Under the pieces are notes generated by a model that saw only the letters and a program-made list of their open reading frames with translations, did not search any database and was not told the origin of the DNA. The translations under genes were made by a program, and so were the position numbers. A stretch of 64,000 nucleotides of DNA from Candidatus Zixiibacteriota bacterium (GTDB lineage: Bacteria; Zixibacteria; MSB-5A5; WJJR01; JAJRUJ01), in the NCBI GenBank assembly GCA_020051695.1, contig JAGVQM010000038.1:46326-110325 (forward strand). The letters run 5' to 3'. This document shows, piece by piece, positions 28,596 to 38,163 of this stretch (positions are counted from its first letter, which is position 1; every line of letters begins with the position of its first letter).

Positions 28596-29567
28596 ATGAA
28601 ACGGATTGCCGTATTGACCAGCGGCGGTGATGCCCCCGGAATGAATGCTGCGGTGCGCGCGGTGGTCCGGGCGGGTGTCGAAGCGGGTTTCGACGTATGG
28701 GGGGTGGAGCGCGGCTATCGAGGATTGGTCGAAGACCGGATGCGGCGGTTCACACGCCGGGATGTCAGCGGCATCATTCAGCTCGGCGGTACGATATTGG
28801 GCAGTGCGCGCCTCCCCGAGTTCAGGCAAAAAGCCGTGCGGACCGCGGCGGTCTCGACGCTGCAGAAAGCGCGGGTCGACGCGCTGGTAGTGATCGGCGG
28901 CAACGGGTCGCAGGCCGGTGCGGCTTCCCTTTGGAAAGATGGTTTTCCGGTCGTGGGTATCGCCTCCACCATTGACAATGACCTGGTGGGCAGTGATCCG
29001 ACGATCGGCGTGGATACTGCCGTAAACGTGGCCCTTGAGGCGATCGACAGGATCAAGACGACCGCTTCCGCTCACCACCGGGCGTTCCTGGTGGAGACCA
29101 TGGGGCGGCACTGCGGCTATCTGGCGCTGGTCGTGGGGATTGCCGGGGGAGCTGAGGCGGTCATCATCCCGGAAATCGAGCAGACCCCGGGACAGATCGA
29201 ACGTGACCTGCGGGCGGCGTACGAATGCGGCAAGTCGCATGCCATCGTGGTCGTGGCGGAAGGGGCGACGAATAATGCCGACCGACTGGGAGAATACTTC
29301 CGCAAGCGTGAACCGGATATCGGCTTCGGCCTGCGCATCACGAAACTTGGCTATGTCCAGCGTGGCGGGGCGCCGGGTGGCTTCGACCGGGTTTTGGGGA
29401 CGCGGCTCGGCGCCGGCGCAGTGGAACTGCTGGCCCGGGGTGAGGCCGGGAAACTTGTCGGAATGCTCAACGGCGCACTCGCCGCTACCCCCTACGTGGA
29501 AATTATCGGCAAAACCAAGGAGCTTGACCCAAAACTGTTCGAACTTGCCGGGATCATGGCCAAGTGA
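28596..29567 (+). CDS. pfkA: ATP-dependent 6-phosphofructokinase
   Basis: RIAVLTSGGDAPGMNAA…GGNGS…TIDNDL…ETMGRHCGYLAL are the PfkA signatures. Confidence 0.9.
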   Translation: MKRIAVLTSGGDAPGMNAAVRAVVRAGVEAGFDVWGVERGYRGLVEDRMRRFTRRDVSGIIQLGGTILGSARLPEFRQKAVRTAAVSTLQKARVDALVVIGGNGSQAGAASLWKDGFPVVGIASTIDNDLVGSDPTIGVDTAVNVALEAIDRIKTTASAHHRAFLVETMGRHCGYLALVVGIAGGAEAVIIPEIEQTPGQIERDLRAAYECGKSHAIVVVAEGATNNADRLGEYFRKREPDIGFGLRITKLGYVQRGGAPGGFDRVLGTRLGAGAVELLARGEAGKLVGMLNGALAATPYVEIIGKTKELDPKLFELAGIMAK

Positions 29568-29648
29568 GGCGTCCCCCGGGGGACCATCGCCTATTCGATT
29601 AAACAATGCCGAATGTTTTGATACTGCACAATTCACAGGAGGATCAGG

Positions 29649-30242
29649 ATGTCACTCACATTGTCGGAATTGCCGTATGCGATTAACGCACTGGAGCCAT
29701 ACATCAGTGCCCGCACCCTGGAATTTCACCACGGGAAACATCACGCCGCCTATGTCACCAATGCCAATAAGTTGACCGCCGGGACGGAATGGGACCAGAT
29801 GCAGCCGGAAGCCGTCATGCGCCGGATTGCCAATGAACCCAAACACGCGGCTGTTTTCAACAATGTCGCACAGGCCTGGAATCATGCGTTTTACTGGAAC
29901 TGCCTGAAACCGCATGGCGGCGGCAAGCCGACCGGCCGACTCGCCGGGATGATTGATGTGGATTTCGGTTCCTATGAAAAGTTCATCGAGGAACTTAAAA
30001 ACGCCGGGGCAACCCAGTTCGGCAGCGGCTGGGCTTGGCTGGTCCTGGACGGCGCCAAATTACGGGTAGTCAAAACACCGAATGCCGGGAACCCGCTGGC
30101 CGATGGTCTGACGCCGATCCTGACCGTTGATGTCTGGGAACATGCCTACTATCTGGATTATCAGAACAAGCGGCCGGATTATCTGTCTGCTGTTGTCGAA
30201 CACCTGATCAACTGGGAGTTCGCCGGTTCGCGTTTGGGCTGA
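29649..30242 (+). CDS. sodB: Fe/Mn superoxide dismutase
   Basis: LPYAINALEPYIS…FHHGKHH…DVWEHAYYLDYQN. ATG after CAGGAGGA. Confidence 0.9.
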   Translation: MSLTLSELPYAINALEPYISARTLEFHHGKHHAAYVTNANKLTAGTEWDQMQPEAVMRRIANEPKHAAVFNNVAQAWNHAFYWNCLKPHGGGKPTGRLAGMIDVDFGSYEKFIEELKNAGATQFGSGWAWLVLDGAKLRVVKTPNAGNPLADGLTPILTVDVWEHAYYLDYQNKRPDYLSAVVEHLINWEFAGSRLG

Positions 30243-30646
30243 GAATTCACGAGGCGTCGCGAAAACAGACTTCACCCGTGAGGCCGAGTGTGCCGGCCAT
30301 ATGGCCACGACAAAGGTTATCCGCGCCGAGCAATCAGCGTCCCTGGTGAAGATATGACCGCTATTTACAAGCCCTCCGGGTGTCATGTTTAACCGTCCGG
30401 CCAGGCCGCCACGGCAGGTGAGAATGGATCGTCCGACCGGGATGGTCCATTTTTGCCTTGACAGGATGCCGCGGTATATTCATCTGGCAGTAGTTAAAAA
30501 AGCCGGTATTTTATCCCGGGACGGACGGCCGTCGGTCCGGCGGGAGGGTAGTGCTATATATTTGAATAAGACAATCCTCTGCGGTGTAATGACTCGTGAG
30601 TAAAAATTAAAGACGCCGGGGGATGAACAGGCAAGGGAGGTGACAT

Positions 30647-31174
30647 ATGCTGGTTTTCCTTTCCATTTTCATCGTCGGGTTTGCGCTCCTGTTGTTATCC
30701 ATGATCTTCGGTCATGATACCGGTGATGGTATCGACCATGATTTCAGCGCCGACGCCGACCATGGCGCCTCCGGGCCCAGCATCTTCAGTGTCCGGATGA
30801 TCTCGCTGCTGCTGGTCGGTTTCGGCGGCGCGGGATTCGGGGTGCGCGCGACGTCCGAGGCGTCGATGCTGCTGGCCTCGCTGGCCGGCCTGGGTGGGGC
30901 CGTGGTAGTCGGGGTTATCGGTTATCTCATCATTCGGTTGTTTTATGCCAGCCAGGCGAGTTCAACGATCACGGACCGCGACCTCATCGGCTGCACCGGG
31001 AACCTGATCGACGGCATCTCGGGGACCGGCAACGGCCAGATTTCCTGTGTCCTGCGCGGCCGGGAAATGACCTACCTGGCGCGTTCCCGTGACGGCAGTT
31101 CTATTCCCCGGGGCACACCGGTCCGGGTAATTGGAAAAAGCGGGAATATCGTGACCGTTGAGTCCGTGGCGTAA
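30647..31174 (+). CDS. NfeD-like membrane protein (flotillin-associated, OB-fold C-terminus)
   Basis: TM helices plus a C-terminal beta-domain. Immediately upstream of an SPFH/flotillin gene, the classic pairing. Confidence 0.7.
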   Translation: MLVFLSIFIVGFALLLLSMIFGHDTGDGIDHDFSADADHGASGPSIFSVRMISLLLVGFGGAGFGVRATSEASMLLASLAGLGGAVVVGVIGYLIIRLFYASQASSTITDRDLIGCTGNLIDGISGTGNGQISCVLRGREMTYLARSRDGSSIPRGTPVRVIGKSGNIVTVESVA

Positions 31175-31213
31175 GGCAATTCATTCACCGCGTAGATCAG
31201 GAGGTTTTCAATT

Positions 31214-32788
31214 ATGGGAGAACTGCTTTCCAATGTCGCCTGGCCGTTTGTGGCGCTGGCCGTTGTTATCGCCTTTTTTGCCCTGGTCAAGGGCCTGTCG
31301 GCTTTTTATATCAAAGTCCCACCGAACACAGCCGCATTCTTCTACGGGGCGCGGAGCGGGAAACGGCAGTTGAAACGGGCGGAAATCATCGGATCCGGCT
31401 TGCCGGATTCCATCGCCATGGTCCTGCCGCCCGGGACTGTTGTGGTCACCGGGGGCGGCCGCATCCGCAAGCCGATCATCGAGGCGGTGAAATTTCTCGA
31501 TCTTTCGGAAATTACGCTGGCTGATCTGAAAGTGGCCGACATGCCCAACGTTGACGGGGTTTTGGTCACCGTCGAGGCCGTGGCCAATATCCGGTTTAAG
31601 GACGACGCCGAGTCGCTTTTGGCGGCGGGCGGCCGATTTTTGGACAAAAAGGCCGATGAGATCAAAGCGACGGCGCGTGAAACACTCGAAGCCAATCTTC
31701 GGGGAGTCGTGGGCCGCCTGACTGTCGAACAAATCATTCAGGACCGCGATGCCTTTCGCCAACAAGTACTTACCGAAGCCGGCGAAGACCTGACCCGTCT
31801 GGGAATGCAAATCGACGTTTTCAACCCGCAGTCGATCACCGACAGCATGCATTATATCGAGGCGTTGGGTAAGAAGCGGACTGCCGAAGTGCAGCGCGAT
31901 GCCACAATCGGGGAGGCCGAAGCCACCGCCGAGGCCAGGAAAAAGGCCTCTGACGCCGACCGCGGCGCTGAAGTCGTCGCCCAGCAGAATGAACGATTGA
32001 AAGCGGAAGCGATCAAAATCGCCAATGTGGCCAAACAACAATATGCCGCAGAAGTTGCCCGCGAGACGGCGCTGGCCGGGCAGGCCGGGCCGTTGGCGAC
32101 CGCCGAAGCTCGGCAGAAGGTAATCATTGCCGAGGTCAAAATCGAAGAAGAAGAAGCCAAGGCCAATATTGCCGTCGAACAACAAAATATCCTCCGCGAA
32201 CAGAAGGCGCAGGAGGCGCGAATCGTCGTTCCCGCACGGGCTGAAGCCGATGCCAAGATCAAGACTGCTGAGGGTTACAAAGTCTCCGAGGTCGCGCGGG
32301 CCGAGGGCGACAAATTCGCTATCAGCGCGCGCGCCGACGCCGAACAGCACAAGCGGACGGTCGAGGGTTCGGGTGAGGCGGCGGCCAACCGGGCCAAGGG
32401 TTTGGCCGAAGCCGAAATCATCGAACGGCAGGGACTGGCCCGGGCGACTGCGGTTGCAGAACTGGCCAAGGCCTACCAGCAATTCAACAAGGCGGCGATC
32501 ACTCTGGAAGTCCTGAAGGCCTTACCCGCCGCAATCGAGGCGCTGGCGCCCGTTTTCGGTGCGATAGCCGCGCCGATGGGGAATATCGATAAAGTTGTTG
32601 TCGTTGACAGCGGTGGTGGCGGGCAGAACAACAGCGCGCTCACGCGCTATGCCCAGACCGGACCGACACTCCTGTTCAACCTGCTGCAACAAGCGAAAGC
32701 GGCCGGGATTGATCTCGAAGGTCTGCTGCACAAGGCCGGAATTGCCGTTACCGATCCCGCAGGAGAGGCGACTGAGAACAAGACATGA
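31214..32788 (+). CDS. flotillin-like SPFH/band-7 protein
   Basis: N-terminal TM, SPFH domain, long Ala/Glu-rich coiled-coil (EA repeats). YqiK/FloT-like. Confidence 0.85.
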   Translation: MGELLSNVAWPFVALAVVIAFFALVKGLSAFYIKVPPNTAAFFYGARSGKRQLKRAEIIGSGLPDSIAMVLPPGTVVVTGGGRIRKPIIEAVKFLDLSEITLADLKVADMPNVDGVLVTVEAVANIRFKDDAESLLAAGGRFLDKKADEIKATARETLEANLRGVVGRLTVEQIIQDRDAFRQQVLTEAGEDLTRLGMQIDVFNPQSITDSMHYIEALGKKRTAEVQRDATIGEAEATAEARKKASDADRGAEVVAQQNERLKAEAIKIANVAKQQYAAEVARETALAGQAGPLATAEARQKVIIAEVKIEEEEAKANIAVEQQNILREQKAQEARIVVPARAEADAKIKTAEGYKVSEVARAEGDKFAISARADAEQHKRTVEGSGEAAANRAKGLAEAEIIERQGLARATAVAELAKAYQQFNKAAITLEVLKALPAAIEALAPVFGAIAAPMGNIDKVVVVDSGGGGQNNSALTRYAQTGPTLLFNLLQQAKAAGIDLEGLLHKAGIAVTDPAGEATENKT

Positions 32789-32869
32789 ACGTGGAGCGAC
32801 GCTTTGCGATGTGCCGGATTTACCGGAAAAGCACAGTACCCTATTACAATGTTGGCGTGGGGTAGCACG

Positions 32870-33376
32870 ATGCTCATGAATCCGGACGACCAGATTTCCC
32901 CGGCGATGGCGGAGCTTGTTGTCGACGGCAAGCCCGTTTACAAAGTTGATGCGAGGCCGTCCCAGGCCCTGGTCGTGCACTGCGGCGATCCGCGGTTCCA
33001 GTCGGCCTTTCGCTTGTTCATCACCCGGGAATTGGGTTTCCAAAACTATACGCCGCTCATTATCGGCGGCGGAGTGCACGCGTTCGGCGCCCAGAGTTTT
33101 CTGCCTAAGAACTTCAAAACCCTATGGGGGCAAATCAAATTCTTCGTAAAAGTAGGCCAGGTCAAGCAGGTAGTCATTATCAACCACGAGGATTGCCTCT
33201 GGTATAAAAAGATGCAGGGGTACGAGGCAAAACTTAAATTGCCGGTGCTTGGCCGCCAGGACCTGCAAACTGCCGCCCGCACCATTCTCCGGGATTTCAC
33301 CGGCGTGCAGGTCCGCTCGTTCTGGGCGGCGCTCGAGGGAGACAATATTTCCTTTACGGAGGTGCCGCCCGCCTAG
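32870..33376 (+). CDS. hypothetical protein with beta-carbonic-anhydrase-like CxDxR / HxxC motifs
   Basis: ATG at 32870 lies 7 nt after GTGGGG. Motifs VVHCGDPRF and INHEDC. Final gene of the nfeD-flotillin operon. Confidence 0.35.
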   Translation: MLMNPDDQISPAMAELVVDGKPVYKVDARPSQALVVHCGDPRFQSAFRLFITRELGFQNYTPLIIGGGVHAFGAQSFLPKNFKTLWGQIKFFVKVGQVKQVVIINHEDCLWYKKMQGYEAKLKLPVLGRQDLQTAARTILRDFTGVQVRSFWAALEGDNISFTEVPPA

Positions 33377-33626
33377 GTGAAGATGCTCCCTAGAAGAAAG
33401 AAAATCGTGAAGACCGGGGTGCAGGCATCGATTTTTGGAATCCACCGGAACGGCGGGCTGTCGGCTCACTTCACCTGTTCGTCTTTCCATCATGAAAAAT
33501 GTTGACCAATGAATCCAGTGGAGTCTGTTGATTGATGCGTTCAGTGATTTGATCAAGGGCGGAATCGAATTGAGCGATTGTATAACATAAATGGTTTCTG
33601 TTTATTGTGAGCAGACTCAAGATTTC

Positions 33627-34181
33627 TTATTTTTCTTTGTGGTTTGCCGGGATCAGGAGCTGAAGGTTGCCGCCGGCATCGCATGCGTAAATACTCCCTC
33701 CAACGGTAATCGTACCATATGCATAACCCATTACGAAGAAGATGAGGTCTTTTTCAGGGTGCCAGCAGAAATGCTTTACGGCGTTCTGCCCAGGCAGTTT
33801 GTTGGCATCGATGAGCGGAGCAAAGGTGCTGTCTTGTCGAATTATCAACAATGAAGTCCGTTCCTCCCATTCATTGTCCTTCAAATAGGCGATATACTTG
33901 CTGGATGGCGATATTTGAGGGGATGCATTTGACCCATGATGTTCAAATGTCCGTCTCTGCATCCTGACGAGATCGACTGCGTGGATTTGTCCCCCAAATT
34001 CAAATACGACTGTTTTGGCTCTTTCTGAAATGGATGGATCAATGGGGGATTTTAACAAACTCCAACGAGGGAATTGTCCACCAATACTAAATAGTTCTTT
34101 CTTGATTCCGGGGGTCTCATACCAAATCGCCTGCGGAGTAACTAAAACGGTCAGTGTGTCCAGCGTACGGGAGATGGACAC
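33627..34181 (-). CDS. PD40/TolB-like beta-propeller fragment (about 3-4 blades only)
   Basis: Blade motifs SPSSKYIAYLKD, WHPEKDLIFFV, SIYACDAGGNLQLL. Too short for a complete 6-bladed propeller. Overlaps the upstream SPOR gene by 31 nt. Low GC (about 48-50%). Confidence 0.45.
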   Translation of the reverse strand: MSISRTLDTLTVLVTPQAIWYETPGIKKELFSIGGQFPRWSLLKSPIDPSISERAKTVVFEFGGQIHAVDLVRMQRRTFEHHGSNASPQISPSSKYIAYLKDNEWEERTSLLIIRQDSTFAPLIDANKLPGQNAVKHFCWHPEKDLIFFVMGYAYGTITVGGSIYACDAGGNLQLLIPANHKEK

Positions 34182-34627
34182 TGCTTGACTATTGTGCCAT
34201 GATAGCCCGCGACGTCGAGGGCAACCGAGTCGTCCCGGGCTTGATCCGACGTTTCATAGAGGCCAATTCGCACTCCAATTACGGTTGGCTCACCATCCAT
34301 TTGATCCGCGACAGACAAATAGGATAGATGGCCCTTGTCTTTAAAGGATTGACAGATGGAATCAGCAACCGCTTGCTCGGCAACGTGGAAAGAACCGATT
34401 TCGATGGAATAATATACCAACTTTCTCACGGGATGTCTGACGTTATATTCGGACCGCAAGTCGGCACCGGCCGAGAAGGGAAACGCAATCGCCAATAAGA
34501 AAAATATCGGGATTAGCCAGAAGGTCAGGCGCCCTGGCGCCTGACAATGCGTCAAACCGCAGGCGGCTTGATCTACGCCTGGTTGTTGTATTGTGGGCAA
34601 TGCCATTGGGTTGGTATGGCCTTTCAT
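34151..34627 (-). CDS. SPOR-domain protein, DedD/FtsN-like (N-terminal tail - TM - SPOR); start uncertain
   Basis: C-terminal SPOR signature YYSIEIGSFHVAEQAVADS…GEPTVIGVRIGLYETSDQA. TM FWLIPIFFLLAIAFPF. If the start is MKGHT (34627), copy C of the 57-bp repeat lies in-frame in the cytoplasmic tail. An alternative TTG start lies just after the repeat. Confidence 0.5.
   Translation of the reverse strand: MKGHTNPMALPTIQQPGVDQAACGLTHCQAPGRLTFWLIPIFFLLAIAFPFSAGADLRSEYNVRHPVRKLVYYSIEIGSFHVAEQAVADSICQSFKDKGHLSYLSVADQMDGEPTVIGVRIGLYETSDQARDDSVALDVAGYHGTIVKQCPSPVRWTH
34522..34578 (-). repeat. copy C of the 57-bp MITE/REP-like element (reverse orientation)
   Basis: The reverse complement, GGCGTAGATCAAGCCGCCTGCGGTTTGACGCATTGTCAGGCGCCAGGGCGCCTGACC, matches copy B at 52 of 57 positions. 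Confidence 0.7.
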
Positions 34628-34734
34628 AAACCCACACGCCGTCTTGAGTCGCTCAGGCGATCAAAACTGTGGGTGGGCCACCGAAGCGCTGAGATTCGAT
34701 AACGTAAACAGTGAACACTTGATTACTCGAATTT

Positions 34735-35040
<306 letters not shown>

Positions 35041-35170
35041 AGCGATTCGACCATCTATGATTATGGTTTTGCATGTCATATGGTTTTTGCCGCGATTTTT
35101 TGCCGGCTCGCAGCAGACCAGGGACGCTTTTGGGGTTGACGTGACCGTCCCGGCAGCTAAGATATACACC

Positions 35171-36721
35171 ATGTTGCGGATCGGATTTGTCGGCATAGTG
35201 ATGTGCGTGGCAGTTTGGTTTTCAGGCACGGCATATTGCTCGGTGGATGAGGACATTCCACTGGGATCCTGGGTGTATCCGGCAATCGCCGAACTGGCCG
35301 GTGGAGTCGGGACCGCCGGACCGCGGATGATGCTGCAAACCCAGCCGTTTACCAGGGGCCAGGTGGCCGGTTACCTGCACGACCTCGCTCCTGATTCTAC
35401 TAAACTGGATCCCGGGCAGTTAATCCTGTTCCGCCGGCTATGGGCCGAATTTTATCGGGATATTGATGAATTGCATCGGCCCGCCGGGGAGGAGTTGATC
35501 CTGCGCGCCGGCATTGAGCCCTATCTGCTTGCCGACCATGCCGAACAACGGGACGGCTTAAATCGCGCGGGGGGGTATGTCCATGGTTCGTTCGGGCGTT
35601 CCGGCCGCTGGGTTGTGTACTCCCGGGTCAGGTTTGACTCCGACGCGCGATACGACACCCGTTTCCGTGGTGTGAAGTGGAAAGACAACCTCACCGCTAA
35701 CGTCGATAATGCTTGTCTCAAATTCCATGCCGGTAATTGGACGTTGTTCTGGGGTCGCAGCCGGCTCAAATTCGGCCGCTCACAAACCGACGGTTTGTTG
35801 TTGTCCGGGTATGCTCCGCCGCCCGATCAGGCCCGGTTGAGCTACCGGCGCAGCGGCTTTAATTTTCTGTATTTTTTTGCTGTTTTGGATGATTTACCTC
35901 TTGCGGACGGTCGGCTTGCGCGGCGGTATTTGGCTGGCCACCGGCTGACAGTCAAACCCTGGAAATTTCTGGAGCTGGCGATTTCGGAAGTGGTAGTATT
36001 TGGCGGGGCCGGCCGGCCGCCGGAATGGTATTACTTGAATCCATTCATTCCCTATTACTGGGAACAGATTAATGAAGAGCATGATGACAATCCATTATGG
36101 AACTTCGATTGGACTTGGAACATTGCACGCGGCTGGGAATTATACGGCGAGTTGTTGATCGACGATTTCCAGATAGATTTTGTCTCCGAACCGCAACAGG
36201 TCGGCATCCTGGCCGGGGTGCACGCGGCCGCCCCGCTGGGTCTGAACCGGACATATCACACGTTGGAGTACTCGCGGGTGAATTCCACCGTATACGGCCA
36301 AAACGAGGTGCAAAATCCCTACTACTATCGCCGCGATGTAAACGGCCGGGTGATTCCGCTGGGATCGCGTTATGGCCCGGACGCCGAGCGGGTCACGTAT
36401 CGGGTAGTCCTGCATGCTGTTGACTGGTTGGACCTTAGGGCGGCGGCCGAGCGCCGACGCCGTGGCGAGTGCCAAATCGATGATCCGCAGCAATCCGGTG
36501 TGCCGCATGGCGTGCCTTTTCCTACAGGTGTTGTCGACCGGCGCTGGGACATATCGTTTGGCTTCACTTTTCAGTATAAAAATTTCGTTATTGCCGAGTT
36601 TGACGGCGGCTGGTCGCACCGGCGCAACGAGAACAATATCCTCGGCCGGGATGACGATTTGTTTTTTGCCGGGGCGGCTGTGCAGTGTAATCTCTGGCGG
36701 GTGTTCCGGTGGCCGAATTAG
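35171..36721 (+). CDS. outer-membrane beta-barrel-like protein (Wzi/capsule-assembly-like)
   Basis: Signal peptide MLRIGFVGIVMCVAVWFSGTAYC. Aromatic-rich alternating beta-strand pattern and a C-terminal aromatic residue (…FRWPN). Only weak family resemblance. Confidence 0.35.
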   Translation: MLRIGFVGIVMCVAVWFSGTAYCSVDEDIPLGSWVYPAIAELAGGVGTAGPRMMLQTQPFTRGQVAGYLHDLAPDSTKLDPGQLILFRRLWAEFYRDIDELHRPAGEELILRAGIEPYLLADHAEQRDGLNRAGGYVHGSFGRSGRWVVYSRVRFDSDARYDTRFRGVKWKDNLTANVDNACLKFHAGNWTLFWGRSRLKFGRSQTDGLLLSGYAPPPDQARLSYRRSGFNFLYFFAVLDDLPLADGRLARRYLAGHRLTVKPWKFLELAISEVVVFGGAGRPPEWYYLNPFIPYYWEQINEEHDDNPLWNFDWTWNIARGWELYGELLIDDFQIDFVSEPQQVGILAGVHAAAPLGLNRTYHTLEYSRVNSTVYGQNEVQNPYYYRRDVNGRVIPLGSRYGPDAERVTYRVVLHAVDWLDLRAAAERRRRGECQIDDPQQSGVPHGVPFPTGVVDRRWDISFGFTFQYKNFVIAEFDGGWSHRRNENNILGRDDDLFFAGAAVQCNLWRVFRWPN

Positions 36722-37647
36722 ACCGTCTTGTCCTGCATTCGGCGGCCAAAGTCAACCTCGGGTTGGCCGTCTTGCGCCGGATGCCCGATGGATATCATGA
36801 ATTGCAGACCACCTTTCAAGCGATTGATCTGTTTGACACCCTCGAATTCGAAAAAAATCCCGACGGCGGAATCCGGATCTGTTGCGATAACCCTGAGTTT
36901 CCACTGGGCAGGGAAAACCTGATATTTCGGGTTTTTCGACAGGCGGAACAACGGTGCGGGTGCCGGGTGAACCTGCAAATCTCGGTCGAAAAAAGGATAC
37001 CGATTGCCGCAGGGTTGGGGGGTGGTTCTGCGAACGCCGCCGCAGCGATATTTGCGGCTAACATATTATATAACATGAAATTATCAGACACTCAACTCAC
37101 GCATTGGGGAACCGAGCTTGGTGCGGATGTCCCCTTTTTTCTGGGTCATGTGCAGGCGGAGGGACGGGGACGGGGGGACATCCTGACGCCGATCCAAATA
37201 TTTGCCGATTATTGGCTTGTGGTGGTCAAACCGCAGGTCGGATTAGCGGCGGCGGAGGTCTATCGGAAATTCGATTTGGCCTTGACAAAACCTGCTCAAA
37301 GTCTTAGTTTTTCTCATTGCCGGGACGGGAACGATTTTTTTGCGGTAATAGCCCGGGCCAATAACGATTTGGAAGAAATTGTCTTGGAATTGTGCCCGGA
37401 AGCTGAACACGCAAAGCGATTTTTGGAGGGGTTGGGTTCCGTGTCCGCGAAGGTATCCGGGAGCGGGCCTTGTGTTTTTGGCATCTTTAAGGAAAAGCCG
37501 GACTTACTGGAGATAAGTCATTTATCGCCTTCCGCAGACTGGCGGATATTTGTCTGCCGGCCGCTGGCGAACCGGAAGGCGATCGGTGTGGGGAAGCCAG
37601 ACCAAGGACAGACCGACAGGCAAGGAGCAGACCGTGGAAATCACTGA
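36709..37647 (+). CDS. ispE: 4-diphosphocytidyl-2-C-methyl-D-erythritol kinase
   Basis: GHMP kinase motif PIAAGLGGGSANAAA. N-terminus AKVNLGLAVLRRMPDGYHEL. GTG start overlaps the upstream stop. C-terminal extension of about 25 aa. Confidence 0.85.
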   Translation: MAELDRLVLHSAAKVNLGLAVLRRMPDGYHELQTTFQAIDLFDTLEFEKNPDGGIRICCDNPEFPLGRENLIFRVFRQAEQRCGCRVNLQISVEKRIPIAAGLGGGSANAAAAIFAANILYNMKLSDTQLTHWGTELGADVPFFLGHVQAEGRGRGDILTPIQIFADYWLVVVKPQVGLAAAEVYRKFDLALTKPAQSLSFSHCRDGNDFFAVIARANNDLEEIVLELCPEAEHAKRFLEGLGSVSAKVSGSGPCVFGIFKEKPDLLEISHLSPSADWRIFVCRPLANRKAIGVGKPDQGQTDRQGADRGNH

Positions 37648-37984
37648 AGTGCGTGTTACGCTTCGGAGCGAGGAGAAACTCAAGGCCTTTGCCAACGTGA
37701 CTTTTGACGGCGAATTTGTCATTCGCGGCTTGAAAGTCATCAACGGCAACAAGGGGTATTTTGTCTCCATGCCCTCCCGGAAACGCTCGGACGGGACTCA
37801 TCAGGATATTGCCCATCCGATTAACAATGCCATGCGCAAGAAAATCGAAGACAAAGTGCTTGCCGCTTACGAACAGGAACTACGGTCTCAATCCGGCGGC
37901 ATGAACGTCGGAATAACCGCGGGAGTGGATTCCTCACACTCGTCGGCCGACAACCTCAATGGTGAGGCCGGGCGCGGGTTGTAA
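37634..37984 (+). CDS. spoVG: septation protein SpoVG
   Basis: GTG at 37634 lies 6 nt after AAGGAG. MEITEVRVTLRSEEKLKAFANVTFDGEFVIRGLKVINGNKGYFVSMPS matches the SpoVG family closely. Confidence 0.85.
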   Translation: MEITEVRVTLRSEEKLKAFANVTFDGEFVIRGLKVINGNKGYFVSMPSRKRSDGTHQDIAHPINNAMRKKIEDKVLAAYEQELRSQSGGMNVGITAGVDSSHSSADNLNGEAGRGL

Positions 37985-38032
37985 AAAACGTCCCATTTCA
38001 GGAGTGCCTGTCGTATATTTTGGTGGAATTAT

Positions 38033-38104
38033 TGGGGCGTCGTCAAGCGGTAAGACACAAGCCTTTGGAGCTTGCATTCCCAGGTTCGAATCCTGGCGCC
38101 CCAG
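38033..38104 (+). tRNA. tRNA-Gln (TTG)
   Basis: TGGGGCG…CAAGC-CTTTGGA-GCTTG…CCAGGTTCGAATCCTGG-CGCCCCA-G. Anticodon UUG; no encoded CCA. Confidence 0.85.
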
Positions 38105-38163
38105 CTTTATGATAACCAGATCAAACGCCGGAATTTTCAGCCAACCCTCGACCCGAATCCGCC

